Positions 41,568 to 51,203 are shown, counted from the first letter of the stretch. The stretch is 64,000 bases of DNA from Limisphaerales bacterium (GCA_044225505.1 JBGAIN010000013.1:1-64000), one strand, 5' to 3'. Numbers and translations: made by a program. Notes: generated by a model from the sequence alone, not told the origin.

Positions 41568-44500
41568 TTATTCAGGCTGTAAAACAGTGTAACTTTCGAC
41601 GACCGCGCGCATTTTTTGAGCAACGGGGGAGTTCGGATCACGCGCGGAGATGCGCTCAGCGGGTAATTCATCCAAACGTAAGACCGTCTTGCTCGCAAAC
41701 TCACCAGTCACCTGGTAGTTGGTGCAGAGGTTAAAGATAGGGGGATTGACGTTCGCCACCGTGACTAAAGAACGCGGCGCCGGCTTCAGAGCCTGGCCAA
41801 ACGCATAGACCACGACCCGCGGTTCGTCCGTTCGAAGCAACGAGAGAATCTGCTGCGGAATCCGCTCGTAAGCGGCATCGTCGATACCCTGTTCGTACTG
41901 CCGTCGATTTCCCCAGTTCAAATAGGGCGAGAGGACCGTCAACTCTGGCACGGACAGGATTTCACCAACGGTCCGGTAGGTCCGCGAGTTTTGGGCGGCC
42001 CGTGTCCGGTTGATGCCATCGACAATGTAAAACAGTTGCGGTGAGTTCGGTTGTATAAATATCTCGCGCGTCTGCGGGCGAAGCCGCGGGCCAATGGCGC
42101 CGTCCGCCGTGGTGTTGGTCAGGACAGCGACGCCGCTCAAGACGGCGGACCAGGACGCCAGATTGGTTTGATTGACGGCCAGCAAACCGCGGCTGGCATT
42201 TTCATTCGGCGCGATCGTGAACAGGTCGAGCAATTTCCAGTCGTTGGTCGGATGGGTGCCGTAGCTTCCCGACCACTGTCCCCAAGCTCTCAGATCGAGT
42301 GGTTGGCGTGTGCGCGGATCGATGGCCGGCTTCAGATACATCGTCTGCCAAGGTGTGCCACGGTGAACTCGCCCGAGCCAGCCAAGACTGGCCAATTGGT
42401 TGGTTGGGAATGACCACTCGTCCGAGTTACGCACGAGCGGATCTTTCATGGTCAAAGCGTAGGCGGTCGGGTCGTTGCTCGGATCTTTGTTTGGGTTACC
42501 TCCCCACGGACGGTAGCGTTGGTTTAACTGGCGCACGTAAGAATCGGTCTGAATATGGTGTTGGATCGCGTTCTCTGGACCTTCCAAAGGCTGGACAGTC
42601 AAATTCGTTGACCCGGCCACGACCGGTTCACTCAAGTCTTCCACGGTGTAATGCACCAGCGGATCATTCGCTTCCCAAGACGTCTTGTGATAAAGCCGGC
42701 GAGACGGTGTGAACGGCACTTGCCAAGTGAGATTGGTTTTACCTCCGCGCAGGAACGATGTGAACTCGGTAATCGCGGATTGTTTATCCGCCAGTTGCCC
42801 ACTCGAACTGCGCCAGGTTCCTTCGCCGGTATACGGCACGCCAGTGGAAACCGCGATTTGATTGATCGTGCCCATGGCTGGGGTGTCGACCGATTTTCCT
42901 ACATGGTTGGCATTCCACATGTCGCCCGGTCCGAGTGAACTTGGGGTAGCGACTCGAGAGCCGGTCCCTGTTCGATTGCGATCACTGAAGATCCCACCGC
43001 CGCCCGCGTTGGTGTCGCCGGTCATCCCTTTGCTCAGATCAATGTCCGTCACGAGCTTGTCGACGTTCACGAAATCAATGACTCGCGATGGGCGCACGCT
43101 GTTATCGACAAGGATGTACTGGAGGCGATTGGTCATGCGGATCCACCACTGCGGCACGCGATAGCTTCTTTCGAACAAATTGACGTTCAGGTTGGTCGCC
43201 AGCGACAGCAACTGCCCGCTGCTGGCCATATACGCCGAGGTGGTGAGGCGCGTGACATTGGTGTCAATCGGGACGATGAAACTGGTGGGCGAAGTCAAGT
43301 TGCTGCTGCCAGGCCAGCTCGTCAGGACCAACGAGTTCGTGAGCAACAAAGGCTGGACGACGGGCAGATACTCGCCCGCCGTTCCTTCGTTCCGGTGATG
43401 CAGCGAGAACGTCGATTGACTCGCTACCCGCAACTGCAAGTTACGTTCGAAATTGCGCGGATAAGAATTCCAACCTTCGATGACAAACCGGTTGGAAACG
43501 CCAATCATGTAGAGCTGATTGGTTTCGGTGGGTAATCCGCTCAGCGTGGTCTTGCGAACTTCGAGGCGCCGGCTGACTTCCGCCAGCGTCTGCACGACCA
43601 TTTTGTTGAAGTTCGGATAGCCTTTCTTGGCCCCGATCACGAGGGGGACACCGATCAGATTGACGTTCGTGACGACGGTATTCAATGGGAATGCGGCTGC
43701 GCCTGCTTGCCGCCCCATCGCTTGTTCGATTGTCATCCAGCGATTGTTGTCGAGGAAAAGCGCGTCATTCTCTTCCACGAATCCGCGAATGGTCAGATTT
43801 GTGTCGGTGCGCAAGAACACCGGACGGAAGACGGAGGGATAATCGTTTGTCGTCCCGAGCGTGCGAACGGTGGTGGCATCGTGGATGTTCGCGGCCAGCT
43901 GTAAGAGTCGGTGCGTCGCGGACGAATACTCATTGTTCGTCATGTAAAACGGCCGCAAGTTCACCTTGTCCGCATCCACATGAAACAGCTGGATGTTCGT
44001 GACCGAAAAGTCTTTCCGGACCGGAGTTAATCCAAGCATGAAATTGGTCTGCCGCAACGTCCCATTCGTTAGGACAATCGGATCCAAGCTGGCCCGGAGC
44101 ATGCGGTCGGCCGCGCCGGTGAAGAAAGCCTGACGCCCTGCCGGATTGATGTTCCAGGAGACGAAGTTCGTCTGTCCGTTGGGCGTAAAGTTCTGGTAAT
44201 GCAAATGCATCCGGTTGGTAGGGTGCAACTGGAAATCGGGGAAATAAACTCGGTTTGACTCTGGGGTGCGTGAATCGACGCCCATCTGGGCGAGCAGTCG
44301 GTAATAGGTATACCGATCGTAAAGCGTGGCAAGCTGGTTGGTGCTGCGCCCCATCAGACGCTGAATAAACCCAGGCGAAGTCCGGTTCGTGCTGAACAAC
44401 TCTTGAATATCATAATACCCGTTCGGGTTTGGGCTTCCGGCCCAAGCGAGATTCGGGTTGTCCGCGAACAGGTTGGGACTGATCGGGCCGTCCGAGTAAT

Positions 44501-45488
44501 AATCGATGCCGTTCGTCGTAAAGGGGTTTTGGCCGTTGGGCAGATTGTAGAGCGCTCGCGCGGAGGCCAGATTGGCTAAACTGCCGTCGTAGCGATTGCT
44601 CAGGATCACACGGGCGTCTTCAAACGCCACGCCACTGCTCGGGATGTTTTGGTTCGTGATGTAGTTGTAGGAGAGATTTCCTTGACCCCACGAATAGACG
44701 TTGGTGTTCAATCCGGCCCAGAAACCCGCCAGATTGATTTCCCAAGACCCAACCCCTTGGTTCCGCAAGTAGCCATTGGCCGAGACATTGTTCGCGATTC
44801 CCTTGGCATTGTTGTGGATGAAGTTGAGATCCAGACTTTTGCCCGCGGGTAACACCGCAAACGCATAACGTCCAACAAAGCGATTACTCTCAGAATGGGG
44901 CCGGTCCGGCCTCTCCAAAACACCAATCCATTGCGGATCGCCCACAAAGAAGTTTGTCGTGCGCGACTCCTGATTAGTAATCATACCAGTCCGCTCAAAC
45001 TGGCCATTCCGGTTCAAATCGAGGAAGAACCGAAAGTCGTTCGATCCCAGTCCAGTTTGACTGGCCAATAGGAACACCGGGGGCCGAGGATCAAATTGGA
45101 GGTTTCCGATGTTTTGGGCCCAATCTCGGGTATCCACTGCGCTTCCTCCGGCGCGCATGCCTGTGCCATTGCTGCGCCGATCATAGTTTACGTTGTAGGC
45201 GTTGGTGTTATTCGAGCGGAAGCCAACGGGATCGTAGTAATTGGTTGAAACGATAAAGTCGTAGTCGAAAATGTTTGTCGTCGCGAGGATTCGAGCGGCA
45301 ATTTCCGATTGGGCACGGGCGACGGCCGTATCGGTCATTAACCGGGCGGTGATAATATCTCCGGTGACGGTCACGGACGCTCTCTCGCGGCGGCTGACAG
45401 CGAGAAAGACGACCGCCATAAAGGTCACCAACGCTAACATGATCAGCGTAATGACCAGGGCGACGCCGCGTTCTGAATTGCGTTTCAT
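41568..45488 (-). CDS. Giant PilX/GspK-like minor pilin (Verru_Chthon cassette protein A-like)
   Basis: MKRNSERG|VALVITLIMLALVTF leader lacking Glu5; GRYAFAV...LDLN motif; 1306 aa. Confidence 0.75.
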   Translation of the reverse strand: MKRNSERGVALVITLIMLALVTFMAVVFLAVSRRERASVTVTGDIITARLMTDTAVARAQSEIAARILATTNIFDYDFIVSTNYYDPVGFRSNNTNAYNVNYDRRSNGTGMRAGGSAVDTRDWAQNIGNLQFDPRPPVFLLASQTGLGSNDFRFFLDLNRNGQFERTGMITNQESRTTNFFVGDPQWIGVLERPDRPHSESNRFVGRYAFAVLPAGKSLDLNFIHNNAKGIANNVSANGYLRNQGVGSWEINLAGFWAGLNTNVYSWGQGNLSYNYITNQNIPSSGVAFEDARVILSNRYDGSLANLASARALYNLPNGQNPFTTNGIDYYSDGPISPNLFADNPNLAWAGSPNPNGYYDIQELFSTNRTSPGFIQRLMGRSTNQLATLYDRYTYYRLLAQMGVDSRTPESNRVYFPDFQLHPTNRMHLHYQNFTPNGQTNFVSWNINPAGRQAFFTGAADRMLRASLDPIVLTNGTLRQTNFMLGLTPVRKDFSVTNIQLFHVDADKVNLRPFYMTNNEYSSATHRLLQLAANIHDATTVRTLGTTNDYPSVFRPVFLRTDTNLTIRGFVEENDALFLDNNRWMTIEQAMGRQAGAAAFPLNTVVTNVNLIGVPLVIGAKKGYPNFNKMVVQTLAEVSRRLEVRKTTLSGLPTETNQLYMIGVSNRFVIEGWNSYPRNFERNLQLRVASQSTFSLHHRNEGTAGEYLPVVQPLLLTNSLVLTSWPGSSNLTSPTSFIVPIDTNVTRLTTSAYMASSGQLLSLATNLNVNLFERSYRVPQWWIRMTNRLQYILVDNSVRPSRVIDFVNVDKLVTDIDLSKGMTGDTNAGGGGIFSDRNRTGTGSRVATPSSLGPGDMWNANHVGKSVDTPAMGTINQIAVSTGVPYTGEGTWRSSSGQLADKQSAITEFTSFLRGGKTNLTWQVPFTPSRRLYHKTSWEANDPLVHYTVEDLSEPVVAGSTNLTVQPLEGPENAIQHHIQTDSYVRQLNQRYRPWGGNPNKDPSNDPTAYALTMKDPLVRNSDEWSFPTNQLASLGWLGRVHRGTPWQTMYLKPAIDPRTRQPLDLRAWGQWSGSYGTHPTNDWKLLDLFTIAPNENASRGLLAVNQTNLASWSAVLSGVAVLTNTTADGAIGPRLRPQTREIFIQPNSPQLFYIVDGINRTRAAQNSRTYRTVGEILSVPELTVLSPYLNWGNRRQYEQGIDDAAYERIPQQILSLLRTDEPRVVVYAFGQALKPAPRSLVTVANVNPPIFNLCTNYQVTGEFASKTVLRLDELPAERISARDPNSPVAQKMRAVVESYTVLQPE

Positions 45489-46495
45489 TGCAGGGCTGTC
45501 CGAATGGGAATTCTTTGCCGAAACAAGTGGACCTTAGCCGCTTGTTTTTGCAGATACGCGTTCGCGGTCTTGGGCGAATCGCGGAGCGACTGATATTGTT
45601 TCAAAGCGCCAGGCTCAAGCACGCCCAGTTCTAACTCTAAATATGCCGGCAAGGCATTGCTCACGAAAGAAAACTGCGTCTCGCGAGGGATCAAGGCTCC
45701 CTGCAAGATGACTTGCGCATCGTAAGCGTTCGCTGCGGTGCTCGTCAGCCCGATACGTTGCCCATTCCGATTGAGGCGCAGCATGCGGTAAAATGGAATA
45801 TCGTTCGTCGTTTCCCAGCCCAAGCGCCGACCTTCATGGTCGTAAGGCGTCAAGCGGAGGTGAATGACCCCGTCAGCGACTCGATTGAAGTTGGTGGAGA
45901 GCAGTCCGGACGCGCTGTTCGTCGTCAGGCGGGCGTGTTCAAATTGTCCGGAAAGATTGGTGAAGTTCAGGCCTCGATAATTCGTCGACACCGTGAACCG
46001 ATACAGTGTTCCGACTCCATCGTCTGCTTCCAAAACCCGATAGCCGGTTCCCACCCACTTGTTGGCTTGCCGACTCATGAAGAAAAACTCCTGCAGCACA
46101 TTGGTTCGCAGCGGATCTCGGGACGGTTCGAGATCCAGTTGGGTCAGGGGAGGAAGGCGAGTTTGAGCGGTGACATTGATCGTTTGGCCAAGATTGCACG
46201 CGCCGATCTGTTCCAACTCGCGGCCCATCATTTCGGATGCCGCACGACCGGACTCGAGCACGTCGACCTGCGTGATATTGGCGCGGAGGGCTTTCTGGGT
46301 CTGGTTGAACATCGCGTAGAGCGCATAGATGATCACCATCATGATTGAGACGGCGGTCAGAAGTTCAATCAGACTGAACGCGGCGCGACGCGGATTGGCC
46401 TGCGCCCGCGTTAGCCCATGACGCCAAGGCGAGTTAAGAGACGCGAGCCGCGCTGCCAGACGAACCGGCCGAGAATGGGTAGTTCGCGTTTGCAT
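45485..46495 (-). CDS. PilW/GspJ-like minor pilin (Verru_Chthon cassette protein C-like)
   Basis: A|FSLIELLTAVSIMMVII...FNQTQKA; C-terminal LPAYLELEL; ATGA overlap with the next gene. Confidence 0.78.
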   Translation of the reverse strand: MQTRTTHSRPVRLAARLASLNSPWRHGLTRAQANPRRAAFSLIELLTAVSIMMVIIYALYAMFNQTQKALRANITQVDVLESGRAASEMMGRELEQIGACNLGQTINVTAQTRLPPLTQLDLEPSRDPLRTNVLQEFFFMSRQANKWVGTGYRVLEADDGVGTLYRFTVSTNYRGLNFTNLSGQFEHARLTTNSASGLLSTNFNRVADGVIHLRLTPYDHEGRRLGWETTNDIPFYRMLRLNRNGQRIGLTSTAANAYDAQVILQGALIPRETQFSFVSNALPAYLELELGVLEPGALKQYQSLRDSPKTANAYLQKQAAKVHLFRQRIPIRTALQ

Positions 46496-46498
46496 CGA

Positions 46499-47320
46499 TC
46501 AATGGGCGGAAAAGAACGTGGAAGGCTCGAAAATATAAAGGTAAGGCGTCGAATTGGTATAAACAGGCACCAATTCCCCACTCACCAACGTGCGCAAAGT
46601 GCGGCGATAACGCCCCACATCCCAAGTTGAACCTCGTTGGAAGAGCGGCCATTGCATGGTCACGCGAACCTCATAGAGGTTTTGATTCAGGTTCACGGAC
46701 CGTAAAAGCTCGTTCCGCGGGAGGTTCACCGCTAACTGCGGTGGGACATTCGTAAACGGCAACACTTCCGCGATGACCTGGTAACGAAACGCGAAATCGA
46801 TCATCTTGGAACTCTTGTCCAAGGCGCCACCGCTGATCGATCGCATCCGCGCGGTCACAACGTTGAAGCGATTCGGAAACTTAGGATCGTCTACTTTCGG
46901 TGTGCTCAGCAAAGAAATAATGTGCTGAGAGTTGGTCAGCGGCAGGAATTGGCCCGGGTTGAAAGGATTGTTTGTGTAAGTGAGCGTTTGCGCTCCGCGC
47001 CGGATTGAGATGGATTCAATATAGTTGGTCAGATCTTCCGCGCCTTTCGCTCCGCTGCGAATCGCTTCGATCAGGTAAGAGGCGTCCTGATTAATGATGG
47101 TATCTTCGCGATTCTCGCGTTGCACTTTCAGCCCAGAGGGAAGCACGCCGATGATCGCCACCAGCGCAAAAGCAATGATCCCAAGGGCGAGCGCGATCTC
47201 GACCATGGTGAACGCCGAACGCGGAGTGGCGCCGCGGGAGCTTGAGAGCGTTTGCCACCTGCCCGTCATCGAAAGTCTTTGATCGGGGGCTTCAACCCGC
47301 GCTGGGGAAGAGAGTTTCAT
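46499..47320 (-). CDS. PilV/GspI-like minor pilin (Verru_Chthon cassette protein B-like)
   Basis: A|FTMVEIALALGIIAFALVAIIGVLPSGL; TAATG overlap with the upstream gene. Confidence 0.78.
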   Translation of the reverse strand: MKLSSPARVEAPDQRLSMTGRWQTLSSSRGATPRSAFTMVEIALALGIIAFALVAIIGVLPSGLKVQRENREDTIINQDASYLIEAIRSGAKGAEDLTNYIESISIRRGAQTLTYTNNPFNPGQFLPLTNSQHIISLLSTPKVDDPKFPNRFNVVTARMRSISGGALDKSSKMIDFAFRYQVIAEVLPFTNVPPQLAVNLPRNELLRSVNLNQNLYEVRVTMQWPLFQRGSTWDVGRYRRTLRTLVSGELVPVYTNSTPYLYIFEPSTFFSAH

Positions 47321-48111
47321 TATCGAAAATCGGGAAGCTCCACCTTGGCACGTCCGGTCAGCCAATTGATGCGAGCAAACTGATAGGTATTCGTTTGGCT
47401 GGCTGGCGGCCGGTTCGGATTCACGACCGGATCCAACTGCCAGTCCGGCGTCTCCAGCTTGACAGCTCCAGTTGAAGTTCGGATCGGAAAGACGCTTCCT
47501 TTGGCGATGGTCACGATCTCATCACGCTGAGAGATCAGTTGTCCTTGCGCATTGAACCCGATACACGGCAATGCAAATCGGGCGCTTCGAGACATGGGAA
47601 AGGGAAGAATCTCGCGTGCAAAGCTTCGTGAATAGTCGCTTGCCAACCCGGTGTTCCTCGGATCGAACTTGTAGGGCGCGAAGAGCAGCCCGTCGGGTAA
47701 CGAACGCCATTCCGTGAGGTAACGGGGAGTAGGCCGGCCTGGCTGATCTCCGACCGTTCGGCTGCTGACAATCGCATACGCTGTGTACTGGGCTGTGAGA
47801 AGGTTGGTCAGTTGCCGGAGCTCAGCCGCTGTGCGCGGCGCCGCGCTAAAGGCGTCGATAATGTTGAACGGGGTGAACACCATATAAACCGGCGCGCGAT
47901 CATTGATCGCTCGCAGGCGCGCCAGCGCGATGTCATCGAGAATCTGACGGTGCGCCGCGGCATTGCGATTGGCCTGGCCCATTCCTTTCATCGCTGGAAC
48001 AGCGATGGAGGCCAAGATGCCAATGATGAGCATCACGACCATGAGCTCAATGAGCGTAAACGCTCGACGTCGGACCGCTGTCCGGCGATTTACTCTCCGA
48101 TCGCTTCTCAT
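47320..48111 (-). CDS. FimT/GspH-like minor pilin (Verru_Chthon cassette protein D-like)
   Basis: A|FTLIELMVVMLIIGILASIAVPAM; ARLRAI; GFNAQG; C-terminal INWLTGR. Confidence 0.8.
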   Translation of the reverse strand: MRSDRRVNRRTAVRRRAFTLIELMVVMLIIGILASIAVPAMKGMGQANRNAAAHRQILDDIALARLRAINDRAPVYMVFTPFNIIDAFSAAPRTAAELRQLTNLLTAQYTAYAIVSSRTVGDQPGRPTPRYLTEWRSLPDGLLFAPYKFDPRNTGLASDYSRSFAREILPFPMSRSARFALPCIGFNAQGQLISQRDEIVTIAKGSVFPIRTSTGAVKLETPDWQLDPVVNPNRPPASQTNTYQFARINWLTGRAKVELPDFR

Positions 48112-48155
48112 GGTCGATTGCCAGCTCATAGGTGCCAAAGCCCGGGAACCCGAGG

Positions 48156-48965
48156 TTATTTCCAGTTCAGAATATTATCCTTGTTCACGCCTTTGTTGGC
48201 CGGAACGCGAGGGTCCGCGACGCCATCGGGTCCTAATGACCACACCATTACCGGACCGCGATACTCAAAAGAGTTGGCGGTGCGCGTCGCCTTGAAAAGG
48301 CCGTTAAAACCTTTCTGGCCGCCCGCGCCGGTCGGGTCAAGAGAGACAGAGTCGCGGCAATAAAACCCGTCGCGGCACCGGTCGTCGCCATTCATGTCCA
48401 AGCTGACGATGTAAGGGTTGCCCCAAGGATCACGATAAAGACCGTCCGGCCCAATGCCAGAAGGGCGAGCCCCATCTGTTTCTTTGGCGTTTAAGAACGT
48501 GATCTTTTGCGGATTCAAGGCATGGCCCGCATTGACGGTCGGGCTGCCATCGCGGAACTGCTCGATATCCTTGAGAATCGCCATCAGTTCGGAGTTGTTC
48601 CGCTGGTCTTTGCCGTTCAATCCGTATGTCTCAACCTGCGACGCCACGCCTTTTTTGTTCTTGGTGTAGCCGCCGCGATAATAAGTGCCATACGTGAAGT
48701 CGGGAGTCACATCGGGATTATCCAACGCCGCCCGCACGTCGCGAGAAGCGGGCATACGGCTGTATGTCGTGACGTAGGAATTGATCGCCCCAGCCAAATC
48801 ATTGATCTCCATGCTCGCCTTGGTGATCTGCGCTTTGATCTTGGCTTTGCTGAGAACGGGGATGGCCATGCTCGCGAGGACGCCGATGATGCTGATGACC
48901 ACGAGCAACTCAATCAGAGTAAACCCGGCGCGGTAGCGCCCGGGACGAAACGATGCGGAGTTCAT
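48156..48965 (-). CDS. GspG-like pseudopilin
   Basis: [32 protein letters not shown]...DNILNWK GspG C-terminal motifs; frame is open upstream to 49217. Confidence 0.85.
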   Translation of the reverse strand: MNSASFRPGRYRAGFTLIELLVVISIIGVLASMAIPVLSKAKIKAQITKASMEINDLAGAINSYVTTYSRMPASRDVRAALDNPDVTPDFTYGTYYRGGYTKNKKGVASQVETYGLNGKDQRNNSELMAILKDIEQFRDGSPTVNAGHALNPQKITFLNAKETDGARPSGIGPDGLYRDPWGNPYIVSLDMNGDDRCRDGFYCRDSVSLDPTGAGGQKGFNGLFKATRTANSFEYRGPVMVWSLGPDGVADPRVPANKGVNKDNILNWK

Positions 48966-49221
48966 AGTTTGACTTTGGATCCTAGAACGAGCAGATCGGG
49001 ATTTACGGAATGATAGCGGAGTAACCGGGATTCGGGTTTGACGCGGACTCGAAGGGTCTGCGCGCAACTTCACATTGTGTGGCAGGCGGGGCGACGTCGA
49101 GTGGCAGGAACCGTTAATGGACTGGGCCTCGACAACTTCAATGCGCTGACGCCAGCGCGAGGAAGACCACTTCACAGGCAAACGCCGCGATGGATAGATG
49201 GGCAATCGTGACAGCATAACA

Positions 49222-49956
49222 TTAGGGACTGAGCACGACTGGGTCTCTCTCCCAATTGCTGAAGCGCATCAGTTTTCCGTTAATAAGAACTTCAGTCCAA
49301 AGGTCGTAACGGTCCGGGTTATTGGTCGCTCCCGTCGAAACGTAAAGCCATGGATTCACGGTGACGGAACCGCCTGGGTTTAATGCCCACACGGCCGGAC
49401 CCCGCACGGGGGTTATTAACACATCGATCAATTGGTTCTGGTAAGTCACCTGCTTGTACTGACTAGCCTTGAACTCGGTCGTAAACTTAAGGTCTTTCTC
49501 AACCCGCGCCGCATTGGCAAAGCCGGAACTGCCAAATACTGCCTGGATTGTGTTGGGGCTGATCGGCTCCTGCCGTCCGACAACGTAGAACTGATTATTC
49601 TTATAGACCGTTCCGCTCAGTTCATAAAAAAGTTGGTTTGGGGATGGAATGCTCGGAACCCCGTCGGCTGCGTTTAGGGGGCGGTGATCAGGAGGGTAAA
49701 AGCCAAGATTGGATTTGTAGTTTTCAATGTCCCCAATCAACTTGCTCATCTCGATCCGAACGCGGGCTTCCTTGCTCTTGCGCGTGGCGAGCCCGGTCAA
49801 CCCGACAATCAATCCCGCAAGCACGCCGATAATGCTGATGACGACTAAGAGTTCGATCAGCGTAAAGCCCCTACGGGTTGACCGCGAAGTCTGTGGAGTT
49901 GGAGCCGCCCCCGGGTTCTGCTCGACTCTCGTTTGCATTGTGCTGACTTGGCTCAT
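49222..49956 (-). CDS. GspG-like pilin/pseudopilin
   Basis: [24 protein letters not shown]...GFYPPD; NPWLY...YDLW; start uncertain (49938, 49956 or 49995). Confidence 0.82.
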   Translation of the reverse strand: MSQVSTMQTRVEQNPGAAPTPQTSRSTRRGFTLIELLVVISIIGVLAGLIVGLTGLATRKSKEARVRIEMSKLIGDIENYKSNLGFYPPDHRPLNAADGVPSIPSPNQLFYELSGTVYKNNQFYVVGRQEPISPNTIQAVFGSSGFANAARVEKDLKFTTEFKASQYKQVTYQNQLIDVLITPVRGPAVWALNPGGSVTVNPWLYVSTGATNNPDRYDLWTEVLINGKLMRFSNWERDPVVLSP

Positions 49957-49960
49957 TGGT

Positions 49961-50236
49961 TCAACGTTCCCGCATCTCGTTTTCCATGCGTTCACTTAGC
50001 CACTGCTTGATCATGCTTTGGTAGTTCAGGTATCTGGACCTGGCCAATCGCTTAATTCGTGCCAACATTCGCGGATCGATCCGCAGCGTGATCGTGACCG
50101 ACTCCAAATCGTCCGATGCGGCCGCGACCGCCGATTCCATCAGCCGCAAGTCGATCCGATTCTCCGCCCAAAAGCTCGCTTCGGCATCTTCGCTGTCGAA
50201 GAGGGGAACGTCTTCCCAATTAACAATCGCATTCAT
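49961..50236 (-). CDS. CopG/BrnA-type ribbon-helix-helix antitoxin-like protein
   Basis: PLFDSEDAEASFW N-terminal motif; ITLRIDPRMLARIKRLA...YQSMIKQWL RHH. Confidence 0.85.
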   Translation of the reverse strand: MNAIVNWEDVPLFDSEDAEASFWAENRIDLRLMESAVAAASDDLESVTITLRIDPRMLARIKRLARSRYLNYQSMIKQWLSERMENEMRER

Positions 50237-50313
50237 CGTTCCTTCTGCGCGCCTTTGCGCCTACCGAGCGCTCTCTCTCGTAACGCTCAGGTCGTGGTCT
50301 TATCTCGCTCCGC

Positions 50314-50601
50314 CTAACGGGACAGAGTCTGATCGAGCTTCCGCTGGTAGAAGAACTGTTCTTCGGGCACAAAGGGACGGGCTCGAATCACCCGAATCTG
50401 TTTCCCATTCGTCCGATACACGCTGAAAACTCCCAGACCTGTCGCGGATTTGCCCAAGTTAAAGTACCGGGCCTGGACGGAGAACCGGCCTGAATCCGGC
50501 AATAGGCGAATCGCGAACGGATCTTCGAACGATTCTTCTACATCACGGGGCGTCAAAGAACTATCCCACTCGAACGGCGGATTATTCCAATCAAACTCCA
50601 T
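50314..50601 (-). CDS. BrnT-like toxin-fold protein (degenerate N-terminus)
   Basis: MEFDW start, EESFEDP, RYFNLG, VFSVY, IRVIRAR, E..FY; lies upstream of the CopG-like gene. Confidence 0.75.
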   Translation of the reverse strand: MEFDWNNPPFEWDSSLTPRDVEESFEDPFAIRLLPDSGRFSVQARYFNLGKSATGLGVFSVYRTNGKQIRVIRARPFVPEEQFFYQRKLDQTLSR

Positions 50602-50614
50602 GCGAAAAGAGTCA

Positions 50615-50679
50615 ATTGTAAATTAATCGGCCATGCAATGTGATTACAATGTATTTACGCATCGGCACTCATTTGTCAA
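50615..50679 (-). promoter_or_regulatory. AT-rich promoter/operator region of the brnT-like gene
   Basis: Minus-strand TTGACA (50674-79) and TACAAT (50615-20) hexamers; near-palindrome TGTGATTACA at ~50639-48. Confidence 0.4.
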
Positions 50680-50943
50680 GCGCAGGCGCTTGGACCTTGC
50701 TGCCAAGGTCGTTGTTTTGTCTTCCAAATACCCCTCGCTTAAGGGTTTCCGTCTTTACAAAGTTTTTGACACGCTGCTTGGGCACTCTTCGAGCGTGATT
50801 CTCACGCTTTCTCTCGCTGTATTGTAATGTTTGCGAATCAAGTTCTTCCATGAGTTAGCGTATCCTCCCCGCTCGGGCGAGTTAGAAAAGACTAGCGTCG
50901 CTCCAGGTCTTTACCCAACATTGGGTGGCGGACTTTGTAGAGC

Positions 50944-51180
50944 ATGAAAGCAAAGATTATCGTTACACCCAAGAAGGCCGTGGTCGATCCACAAGGCAAA
51001 ACCATTCAAGGTGCTTTGGCCCATATGGGTTATAGCGGCATTCAAGCGGTGCACGTGGGAAAATACTTGGAAATCGAGGTGTCTGGCGACCGGGAAACGG
51101 TGCGGAAACAGATCGACGAGGCGTGCCACCGGCTGCTGAGCAATCCCGTGATCGAAGATTATCGCTTTGAACTGGAGTAG
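50944..51180 (+). CDS. purS: Phosphoribosylformylglycinamidine synthase subunit PurS
   Basis: DPQG, GKYLE, LLSNPVIEDY. Confidence 0.95.
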   Translation: MKAKIIVTPKKAVVDPQGKTIQGALAHMGYSGIQAVHVGKYLEIEVSGDRETVRKQIDEACHRLLSNPVIEDYRFELE

Positions 51181-51203
51181 GACGATTCTAAAGTGACTGA
51201 GGC

